DNA of 64,000 bases from positions 1-64,000 of the IMG/VR virus record IMGVR_UViG_3300027763_000001, one strand, 5' to 3'. Numbering within the stretch: the stretch's first letter is position 1; every line of letters begins with the position of its first letter. Below the pieces are notes generated by a model. That model did not search any database. It saw nothing but the letters and a program-made list of their open reading frames with translations, and had not been told where the DNA came from. The position numbers and the translations under genes were made by a program. Source of the stretch: a virus. This document shows, piece by piece, positions 27,753-35,517 of the stretch.

Positions 27753-28286
27753 TCAGTAGAACCCGCCCTGGGCCACCACAATCGCCTGGGACGGCCCGAA
27801 GCTGGACTGCAGAATCACGCTGGCCCCTGCGTACAGATACCAGCCACGGGGCAGGATCAGCCCGGTGTTCTTCTTGTCCAGCTCGGACGGATAGGCTGCC
27901 ACGGTCGCAGCTGGTGAGGCCAGGTTGGGCACCGGAGCCAGCAAAGGCAACAGCGGCAAGTTGGTCCGCTGCCCCAATGAAAGTGACAAAAAGTCAGCGC
28001 TGGCCACCGTCCAGGCGTTGGAGCTGTTCAGGCCTGCAGCCGTGGGCTGCTCGCTGGCCACCACAATCAGGCGGGCAGCAGTGATCCCCGTCTCCGGGCC
28101 AACCGCCGTGATGCTGTCGATCATGCAGCCATCGCTGCCGCTGTCGACAAGCAAGCGCAGACCAGCTGGCACGAGGCTTTGCAGGTTGGTTGGCGTCGAG
28201 AGGGCTGCAGTCTCGCCGACACCGACGATCTTGAATAAGGGGCGATCAATCAGCAGCGGCTGTTTGTTGGTCGAACTCGAAGACAT
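27753..28286 (-). CDS. Virion structural protein, neck/tail candidate
   Basis: Beta-rich (MSSSSTNKQPLLIDRPL...AQGGFY); lies in the head-downstream operon. Confidence 0.6.
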   Translation of the reverse strand: MSSSSTNKQPLLIDRPLFKIVGVGETAALSTPTNLQSLVPAGLRLLVDSGSDGCMIDSITAVGPETGITAARLIVVASEQPTAAGLNSSNAWTVASADFLSLSLGQRTNLPLLPLLAPVPNLASPAATVAAYPSELDKKNTGLILPRGWYLYAGASVILQSSFGPSQAIVVAQGGFY

Positions 28287-28295
28287 GGATCGGTC

Positions 28296-29099
28296 TCAAT
28301 AGGGAAGGTTGGCAGCGCCAGGGTTGGGGCGCGAGGTATTGCGGTACGCCTCCCGCATCAGTTGGACCTGATCTATCAGGTCGGCATTGAGATTGAAGTT
28401 CGCTGCCGCGCCAGCCTGAGCCTGTTGCTCGGCAGTGAGGCCAACGTTGGCTCCAGTGGTCGACAAGGGGCCAGGGGCGGCGTCAATTGCCATGGTTTGC
28501 GGCAAGCCCGCCGGTGTAACAAGAGGCGCGGCGCCCTGCTTGGCCATAAAGCGATCGACAATGTTCAGCCCGTCGGCACCCCTGGCAGCACCTTGATTGC
28601 TCCGCGCCCAGGCAGCCAGGTCGGGGCGCAAGCCGCTGAAGCGATCGCCGCTCTCAGGGAAGGCGGCCCCCTGGGCAATCCCGCCGCCAGCGCCAAAGTC
28701 GGCCGCTGAAACTGGGACGGGCCGCCCGCCACCAAGTTCTGAAAGCATCCGGCGGCCGGTATTCCCAGGGGCACCCGGCAGCACGCCGTTGCTGGCGGGC
28801 GTGCTGAGACTGGCCGGATCCACTAAGCGCATCCCGGCGTTGCCGGCCGCTTGAACCAGAGCCCCGTTCCGAGAAGCGCCCAGGGGAGCCATTACGGCGT
28901 TGCTTCGGCTAGCGGTACTGTTTGTGGGGGCGCGCTGAGGCGCCATTGGCATCGGAGCCTGTCCGGCGGGCACGCGGTAATCTGCTGCAGCGTTGCCGTC
29001 GGCGGGGCTGCTGGCGGGAGGCTGAGGAGGTCTAACTGGCGCCCTGAAGTCGCTGCGGTTCATTTGGCCGAAGCCTTGAAGCATTCCGGATGGATTCAT
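28296..29099 (-). CDS. Low-complexity hypothetical protein
   Basis: Ala/Pro/Gly-rich; tight operon spacing. Confidence 0.6.
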   Translation of the reverse strand: MNPSGMLQGFGQMNRSDFRAPVRPPQPPASSPADGNAAADYRVPAGQAPMPMAPQRAPTNSTASRSNAVMAPLGASRNGALVQAAGNAGMRLVDPASLSTPASNGVLPGAPGNTGRRMLSELGGGRPVPVSAADFGAGGGIAQGAAFPESGDRFSGLRPDLAAWARSNQGAARGADGLNIVDRFMAKQGAAPLVTPAGLPQTMAIDAAPGPLSTTGANVGLTAEQQAQAGAAANFNLNADLIDQVQLMREAYRNTSRPNPGAANLPY

Positions 29100-29101
29100 G
29101 G

Positions 29102-29587
29102 TCAGCGCCAGTTGGAGGTTCCGATGTGGTGTGTGATCCGGTCGACCACCGAGGTGTCGGCAGGGCCGGGCAGGGCATTGACGAACTCGGCGCCGGCAGC
29201 CCAGAAGGCGTGGCGCCGAGCGTCTTCGCGGCGATAATTCGACACGTAGAGACTTTCGGCCAAGCGGTCCACCTCTCGGAGGTAGATTTCTCGTCCGTTC
29301 TGATCGGCTTTGATTGGATCGGACTGGAAGATGGCCCGTTCGGTGTCGCCAGTGAAGCGCTCAATGCGCGATGGCCTGGGGCCATCGACGCTACCAAAAA
29401 CCTCTGAGAGCGTCCAAGCGCGATCGCAGCGATTTAGGTGCTCAGTGACCTTCTCATACCAGTAGGAATCCGGAATGCGCGCCATGGCTTCTTCCAGCCG
29501 CGACAGGTCGCCGGCGGGGATTCCACCGCCGGAGTTCATGCCCAGGTGAAACCGAGTGCGGCTTTTGTCGTAAGAAGAAAGTTCCAC
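29102..29587 (-). CDS. Putative head-tail adaptor
   Basis: Helical; KSRTRFHLG N-terminus; downstream of capsid genes; TAGACT upstream. Confidence 0.5.
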   Translation of the reverse strand: MELSSYDKSRTRFHLGMNSGGGIPAGDLSRLEEAMARIPDSYWYEKVTEHLNRCDRAWTLSEVFGSVDGPRPSRIERFTGDTERAIFQSDPIKADQNGREIYLREVDRLAESLYVSNYRREDARRHAFWAAGAEFVNALPGPADTSVVDRITHHIGTSNWR

Positions 29588-29621
29588 CGACCCCACAGAG
29601 GGTGCAAGGCCAGTCTAGGGC

Positions 29622-30050
29622 TCAGCCAACGAAGAACTGGTCTTGCTTCAGCACTTCGTTCCACTCGACTCGTTCGATTCCGCGCAGTTGATCCAGGTTG
29701 GTGAAACGCTCACCAGGCAGGGAGTTGCGCAAGTCAACGATCTTTTTCGCCGTGGCGTAGCCAATGCCCCTGAGAGCCACCAGCTGTTCAGCGCTGGCGG
29801 CATTGAGGTTGATCCGGGTTTCAGGAGGAATGGCGCTCGACGGAATCTCATCCTCGGCTTGCTGGGCTGGTGTCTTTTGAGGCTGGGGGCCATCGGTACT
29901 GGTTCCTGCGCCTGGCTCGTGGAAGAGCAGGTTTTTCAATTGCGGGTAGTAAGTGCGGCCGTCGTTGGTCTTGACCATCGCGAAGTCGACGTCGTGATAG
30001 CCGATGAGCTCGACGATCTGGCCGGTGGTCGTGTCTTTGACGAGAGCCAT
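29622..30050 (-). CDS. Helix-hairpin-helix (ComEA-like) DNA-binding protein
   Basis: RINLNAASAEQL..LRGIG...AKKIV..R....RF..LDQL. Confidence 0.8.
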   Translation of the reverse strand: MALVKDTTTGQIVELIGYHDVDFAMVKTNDGRTYYPQLKNLLFHEPGAGTSTDGPQPQKTPAQQAEDEIPSSAIPPETRINLNAASAEQLVALRGIGYATAKKIVDLRNSLPGERFTNLDQLRGIERVEWNEVLKQDQFFVG

Positions 30051-30062
30051 GGCGGCAGGCAT

Positions 30063-30094
30063 AAAAAAGGGCACCCGACGCATCGAGTGCCCTT
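30063..30094 (-). terminator. Rho-independent terminator after the capsid operon
   Basis: Minus strand AAGGGCACTCGA-TGCG-TCGGGTGCCCTT followed by a T tract. Confidence 0.8.
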
Positions 30095-30118
30095 ATCTTA
30101 CTGAGCCTGGCGCAAGAC

Positions 30119-30757
30119 TCAGTTCTCAACCCGGAATGGCAGCTTGACGTCTTCGAGGCCAGCCACGTCGTCATCGAGCATGTAGTTGACCTCGACGATG
30201 ATCGGGGTGCCGCCAACCAGGTCGGATGTCAGGTTGGAGCCAGCCACGGTGCCGGTGCTGTCGGTGGTCATCAGCAGCAAGGTCTCAGCAGCTGTCAGAG
30301 CGACAGGGGTGATCAGGCTTTGACGTACCTGCCGGGGGGTGATGGTAGCCGAGGCCACCGGAGCTAGAGCTGAGCTGGTGGCCACGTTGGCGGCGGTGAT
30401 CGTGTTGTCGTTGGCCACCGCGTCCGCCAGCTTCAGTCGATTGGTGTTGGTACCGACTAGGCCACTGGTGGCGACGCCAACCGAGCGGTCCCGGCGCATG
30501 TCCGGGATTCGAAAACCGATCGAGTACAGCTGGGCGCCAATAGGGATCACCAAGCCGACCCGATCGGGACGAGGCTTGTCGTCGGCCCTTAGATCGGGGC
30601 TGGGGATTGTAATCGGCCAGCTGTTGGCGCCAGTGGCGGTAATCAGGGCGTAGCCGAGAACCTGATAGAAGGCCCGGCCAGGCTCGGCAAGCACGGCCTG
30701 GTTTTGGTAGCCCGACAGGCGATTGACGTAGTTGCCCGGGTAGATGGTCTTGGCCAT
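30119..30757 (-). CDS. Putative capsid decoration/minor capsid protein
   Basis: Directly follows the MCP gene and precedes the terminator; RBS present; beta-rich. Confidence 0.55.
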   Translation of the reverse strand: MAKTIYPGNYVNRLSGYQNQAVLAEPGRAFYQVLGYALITATGANSWPITIPSPDLRADDKPRPDRVGLVIPIGAQLYSIGFRIPDMRRDRSVGVATSGLVGTNTNRLKLADAVANDNTITAANVATSSALAPVASATITPRQVRQSLITPVALTAAETLLLMTTDSTGTVAGSNLTSDLVGGTPIIVEVNYMLDDDVAGLEDVKLPFRVEN

Positions 30758-30802
30758 GAGAAGGATCGCCTACAAGTGGTGGATAAGGATTAGCGGGAGA
30801 TC

Positions 30803-31951
30803 TCAGTAAACGAAGGAGTAGGCAACCGTCACGAAATCCTTGTTCAGAAGTTCAAACGCTCCGAAGAGGCTCCACACCATGATGATGAAACGTCCGAAGT
30901 CGTCATCGTTGCTGAGCAGGATTTGGGCATCCTTGCCGCCGATGCCGACACCGACTGACTGGGGCCCGAAGAACAAGATCGGAGCCGTAGGGGTCACAGC
31001 GTTGTTGATCGACGCACTGGTGATCGTCGCCGAGAGGCTCTTGGCTGCCAGGTTGGTCGACTCGAACCAGCGGACGCCTTCAAAAAGGAAGCCCGTGGGC
31101 GAGGTTTGCTGACCGTTGATCGAACCGGCTTGCCCGTAAGCGGGGCCCATGCCCAGGAAGTTGTGGGCGTTGGGATGCAATGACGGATTCATTGGATCGA
31201 TCACCCCATTGCCGGGGTAGCGAGCGACTTCCCGGAAATCCTTGTCCTGACGAAGGTGCATGCCCGCGGTTGGCGCGTAGATGGCCCTGTAATAGCCATC
31301 GTCGAAGCGGGGTACATTCCGCTCGCCCATGTCTTTGACTACAGGCAGCAAGTCGTTGACGACCGAGAATTTGCCGGTGTCGGTGCCGGTGCCGGCGTAG
31401 GTGAGGAACGGTGCGCTGGCAGCGCGAACCTTGGCGCCAGGGTAGTAGTAGCCACCCCTGGTGGAACCGGCCGGGCCATTGGACTCAGCCTTGAACAGTT
31501 CGTCGGAGAAGACGCGGTCCTTCCAGCGGCGGTAATCATCGAGCATGGTCATCGAACCGATGCTCTGGTGGAACATATTGATGTTCCCGTAATCGAGCAG
31601 CAGTCGCTGACCGGTGAGCAAGGTCTCGCGGGCCACCTTGAAGGTCGAAGGCGCAGCGGGGTCGTTCGGATCGGCGGGGCCGGTGTACTCCTCGAGGCTC
31701 ACCAGCACTTTGTCCTTGACGATGTTCCGGGAGGAAGCCGTGCCAAGGGTCTGGTCAGCGGTGCGCTTGCGGCTGTCCTTGGTGCCGGGGTTCCCCCAGA
31801 ACCGGTAGCGGTCCAACTGCACGGTCTGACCGGGAGATTTACCCCAATCCCAAACGACCAGGGGAGCCGACACCATTTCCACCACATAGCTCGGGTGAGG
31901 CCGGTGGAGTTCAACCCCAAGCAATTTTGGAAAATCGTTGTCGATCCACAT
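30803..31951 (-). CDS. Major capsid protein
   Basis: PGQTVQLDRY, G..FEGVRWFEST, FFGPQSVGVG, DDFGRF...W, an HK97-fold pattern; GGAG RBS. Confidence 0.8.
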   Translation of the reverse strand: MWIDNDFPKLLGVELHRPHPSYVVEMVSAPLVVWDWGKSPGQTVQLDRYRFWGNPGTKDSRKRTADQTLGTASSRNIVKDKVLVSLEEYTGPADPNDPAAPSTFKVARETLLTGQRLLLDYGNINMFHQSIGSMTMLDDYRRWKDRVFSDELFKAESNGPAGSTRGGYYYPGAKVRAASAPFLTYAGTGTDTGKFSVVNDLLPVVKDMGERNVPRFDDGYYRAIYAPTAGMHLRQDKDFREVARYPGNGVIDPMNPSLHPNAHNFLGMGPAYGQAGSINGQQTSPTGFLFEGVRWFESTNLAAKSLSATITSASINNAVTPTAPILFFGPQSVGVGIGGKDAQILLSNDDDFGRFIIMVWSLFGAFELLNKDFVTVAYSFVY

Positions 31952-31980
31952 GGCGTAGCGTCTCCCGTGTCGCGTGATCT

Positions 31981-31995
31981 GTCTTAATCTAAGAC
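31981..31995. promoter_or_regulatory. Perfect palindrome carrying overlapping divergent -10 boxes
   Basis: GTCTTA-ATC-TAAGAC; TAATCT on + (31985) and TAGATT on - (31991-31986). Confidence 0.6.
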
Positions 31996-32016
31996 TGGTG
32001 AATCGGGAAAACTTGC

Positions 32017-32709
32017 ATGACGCCAGACCAGGCTCGCGGCCTGTCTTCTGTCCTTGTCTCCAGCGGCAGCTTCTACCTGTTGCGCCGCCCCACGGTCAGT
32101 TACATCGAGATCGTCTGGTCTGGCTCCCAGCGCCAGGCCGCCTACTTCCACGAAAAAGTTGCTGAAATTCAGCACTTTTTCCCGACAGCCGCCCAGGTTT
32201 CTCCGGGGACTGCTCAATCGCCAGGACTGCGCTTCAAAATCACCAGCGATCGTCTTCGGCCCCTCTACAACCTCTTTGTACCCCGCGGCAGCCGCCGGAT
32301 CTCCTCAGCCTGCCTGGAGCTCTGCGGTGCCCGAGCGATTGCCTGGCTATTCAGCGATCACGGCCGTCGCACCCCTCGCGGCTTCGAACTTGCCTCCGTG
32401 GCCCGCCACGCGGAAGAGGCTGTCCTGCTGGCTCAGTGGATCAAGACCATTCTGGGCGTCGACTGCCGGGCCCGTCTGCGCGGCCGGCGCCTTGCCCTGC
32501 TCTTGGACTCGGCCAATGCCGCCAAGGCTGCTGAGCAGTTGCTTGATTACAGCCCCGCCTCGCGCCGCCACCTTTTCCTCCAGCTCCTCAATGACCGCGA
32601 TCCCGTTTGCGACCCGCGTGATCTGCTACTGCTTGGGAACCAAGGGGCAGCTAGACCTGCGCGGCAAACGCTCGCGCCCCTGGCTCAAACTCCGCCGCTC
32701 AGAGCTTGA
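32017..32709 (+). CDS. Degenerate LAGLIDADG endonuclease-like protein A
   Basis: SVLVSSGSF...Y..EK; LYNLFVP.G.RRI...AIAWLFSDHG, a LAGLIDADG_2 pattern with acidic residues lost. Confidence 0.65.
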   Translation: MTPDQARGLSSVLVSSGSFYLLRRPTVSYIEIVWSGSQRQAAYFHEKVAEIQHFFPTAAQVSPGTAQSPGLRFKITSDRLRPLYNLFVPRGSRRISSACLELCGARAIAWLFSDHGRRTPRGFELASVARHAEEAVLLAQWIKTILGVDCRARLRGRRLALLLDSANAAKAAEQLLDYSPASRRHLFLQLLNDRDPVCDPRDLLLLGNQGAARPARQTLAPLAQTPPLRA

Positions 32710-33211
32710 GCAGACCTACCTGGACCACCAGGTGAGGATGCTTAGGCGCCTTCATCCCCAGCCGGGCAGCTTCAAGGTGCACTGGAATCGGCTCGGCGCC
32801 GATTCGGTCTACGACGACCTGGTTGCCGAGTTTACCTGCCCTGAACTCTGGGGCGCTTACGATCTCCTCTACCCCCGCGACCGCCGTCGCATCACCAGCG
32901 AGGCCCTGGTCGCTGTCGGGCTGCCGGGGCTGGCTGCTGCCTGGCTTGACGAGGGAGAACGCAATCCGCAAAGCGCCAAGCTGCGCCTGTTCGGCCCTGG
33001 GCCTAGCGACGTTGAGATCCTCGGCTGGATCGAGAGTCTTGGGGTCCCGGGCCGCATCGCGCCAGGGCCGCGCCTGCAAATGTCCCTGGCTTTTGATCAG
33101 TGGCAGGCTGACACTCTCGTGCGCCAAATTCGTCCTCTTGTGCACCGCAGCATGGCCTATCGCTTGAGGCCCGCAGCCCCGGGCGCTCGTGCCCTTTACG
33201 CTGGCCTTTGA
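32591..33211 (+). CDS. Degenerate LAGLIDADG endonuclease-like protein B
   Basis: Start MTAIPF; YCLGTKGQL...YL.H; YDLLYP..RRRIT...GLAAAWLDEG. Confidence 0.65.
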   Translation: MTAIPFATRVICYCLGTKGQLDLRGKRSRPWLKLRRSELEQTYLDHQVRMLRRLHPQPGSFKVHWNRLGADSVYDDLVAEFTCPELWGAYDLLYPRDRRRITSEALVAVGLPGLAAAWLDEGERNPQSAKLRLFGPGPSDVEILGWIESLGVPGRIAPGPRLQMSLAFDQWQADTLVRQIRPLVHRSMAYRLRPAAPGARALYAGL

Positions 33212-35457
33212 TGCCGACGCAGTTCTCAATGGCAGGCCAGGGAGGGGGCAGGCCCTGGCGGGACCTGGGGCCGCTGACCACTCAGTCCAGCGTCCAGCGC
33301 GGGACGATCGGCGAGAGCAGCGGCGCTGCCACCTTGCTGCTGGCCTTTCAGCTGCCGCGCCCGGCGACCGTTTTTGTGCGGCTCCTGCCGATCTCGCCAT
33401 TTACTGATCGTTTTATCGGCGCAGCGTTGCAAGACGCAAGCGGCCACGGGATTGCCCTGGCGGACGACGGCCGGGCGGTTTTCGTCAATGCGCTCAATAC
33501 TCCGGCCGACGAGGCCCGCAGGCGCCTTCCTGCCGGCGACTATCGCGTTGTCATTAGCACCAGTCAGTGGCAAGAGGCCCCCTTTGCTCTCCAGCTGGAC
33601 TCTTTCGCTCTGGAGAGCCCGCGCCTAGCAGCGGCAGGGCAGGGGCGACTGCGCGGCAGGCTGTCTACCGCAAGACCAGAGGTCTTTCTCCGCGCTCGCG
33701 GTGGACTGAGGGCTTCCCTGCAGCCTGTCGACTCTCTGCTCTGGCGAGGCACAGGCGCCGCCGGCCTGCGGGCTGGCCTGCAAGTGCTCCCCAGCTACGA
33801 GCAGCCGCCGCCGGCGGGGTTGGGCCATGTTTGGTTCATCCGTCAAACGGGCCCAAGCGGACGCCTGCGCCTGGGAGGTGCAAGCGGGGTGAATTGGGTC
33901 ACCCTTGAATTGAGTGACACTCTGCCGGGGTACATCGCTTCCGAGCTGGCCCTGCCTGACTTCCGCTTCAATGCCGGGCGTCGCACGATCTTCTCGGACC
34001 GCGCCTACGACATTTACGGAGCTTACCCAGAACTCGGCGTCGCCCCGTCCGCGCTCCGCGCCCAGGTCTCCCCAGACGCCCCAGGGGTGCCTTATTTGGA
34101 TCTCACCAACGGCCGCCATCGCCGCGAGGTCTTGGTCGCCTTGCCTCTCGACGCAAGCCGCTGCTTGGTGCTGCATCTCGAGGAAACTTTGGCATGGAAC
34201 AACGACGTCGTCCTTGACGTTGACGACGCACTGCCTGCCTCTCCCCGGCTGATCGTGAGCAATCGACGCCGTTCCTGGTTTCACCGCCGGCGAGTCAACA
34301 CCTTCGTCACCGACGGCCTGGCGCTGCGGCGGCTGCAGAACCCTCCGTCCGCCCTGCTGCTACAGCTCGATACGGTCCTGCCGCCCCTAGATCAGCAACT
34401 GGTGGAGCGCGCGGTCCGGGTGCCTGGGCCCTCGTTTCGCCTGCCGCCTTTGCGGATCCTCTTCCCCGTCTTTGTCGCCGAAGCTCGTCCACCGGCGGCG
34501 GCCGACCTCGTCTTCGGGGCCGACCCCAGCGAACGCGCCGCGGGACTGCTTCTCAGTTACGGCATGACCCGCCTGCTGGCCGCTGACACCTTGATGAGTT
34601 CGATGGCGATCTACCGGACCCTGGAGGATTTTTCGGCCATTGCCGCCAAGGCGGACTATGACCCCAAGGCCACTGGCTTCGTGATCGCCAACATTCCGGA
34701 CCGCCCTGACGGGCTGCCGATTCTCAGCCCCTGGCTGAGGGATGGTGGCTATCGCGTCACAGGAACTGCCACCGGGTCTTACCAGGCCTCTGGCGATCAG
34801 CTATTGCGCTACGGACGCTGGAATGGCCCCTTGCCTGCGAGAGCTGACACGGAAGTCAGCGCAGCCGACCCTCGCTGGTCGCTGGCGGCCCAGGGCCTGG
34901 CCCTGAGTGCTGAGCGGTTGTTCCGCAGTGAAGCGCCTTCAGTGCTGCTGTCTTATGACTGGGGCGATGGTGCCTACTGCCGCCTGAAGCTCCAAGGGTT
35001 GGGCTTCAGTGATGAGGATCTTTCGGTCGCCCCACCTGAACGACCGCAAAGTGGCACCCTCAACGGCGGGCGTCCGCGCCCCCTGGCCGGACGGGGCGGG
35101 TTAGCGCTGGGGGTGCTCATTGCCCAGCAGACCCGCCGGTTGCGCGTCGTTCAATACGGCCGAGGGCAACTCATGAGCGATTTGGCTTGGGGCCCTCGCG
35201 GCCGACTCAAAGCTCGGGGCCAGCTGAGGGCAACTCTCACTGTTGCTCCCGATCTCACGATCGTGCAGCGGCTCCTGCGCGGCTTCCTTGCTGGCGCGGG
35301 CGGCCTTGATCGCAGCCAGCTCAACCGACCCCCGACTCGACTGACCGGCCGAGGGTCCCTTGGCCGCCCCTGGCTCAGTTCCAAGCCGCCAAACGAGTTT
35401 CCGCTGGCCAGAGCCACCGGCCAAGGGCGGTTGATCGCGACCCTGAGCGCCACTTGA
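33208..35457 (+). CDS. Virion fibre/baseplate-like protein
   Basis: N-terminal domain paralogous to 35518-40920; GRGxL repeats. Confidence 0.6.
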   Translation: MMPTQFSMAGQGGGRPWRDLGPLTTQSSVQRGTIGESSGAATLLLAFQLPRPATVFVRLLPISPFTDRFIGAALQDASGHGIALADDGRAVFVNALNTPADEARRRLPAGDYRVVISTSQWQEAPFALQLDSFALESPRLAAAGQGRLRGRLSTARPEVFLRARGGLRASLQPVDSLLWRGTGAAGLRAGLQVLPSYEQPPPAGLGHVWFIRQTGPSGRLRLGGASGVNWVTLELSDTLPGYIASELALPDFRFNAGRRTIFSDRAYDIYGAYPELGVAPSALRAQVSPDAPGVPYLDLTNGRHRREVLVALPLDASRCLVLHLEETLAWNNDVVLDVDDALPASPRLIVSNRRRSWFHRRRVNTFVTDGLALRRLQNPPSALLLQLDTVLPPLDQQLVERAVRVPGPSFRLPPLRILFPVFVAEARPPAAADLVFGADPSERAAGLLLSYGMTRLLAADTLMSSMAIYRTLEDFSAIAAKADYDPKATGFVIANIPDRPDGLPILSPWLRDGGYRVTGTATGSYQASGDQLLRYGRWNGPLPARADTEVSAADPRWSLAAQGLALSAERLFRSEAPSVLLSYDWGDGAYCRLKLQGLGFSDEDLSVAPPERPQSGTLNGGRPRPLAGRGGLALGVLIAQQTRRLRVVQYGRGQLMSDLAWGPRGRLKARGQLRATLTVAPDLTIVQRLLRGFLAGAGGLDRSQLNRPPTRLTGRGSLGRPWLSSKPPNEFPLARATGQGRLIATLSAT

Positions 35458-35517
35458 CGCGGGGCGCATGTTGCAGCACTGCCAGAATGGCCTGACCACC
35501 AGGGCGTTTCGGGGAGC

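Noticed and set aside
32054-32590. Long N-terminal extension of the 385-aa ORF
   Set aside because: Low-complexity alternative frame of LAGLIDADG protein A; the likely start is ATG 32591.
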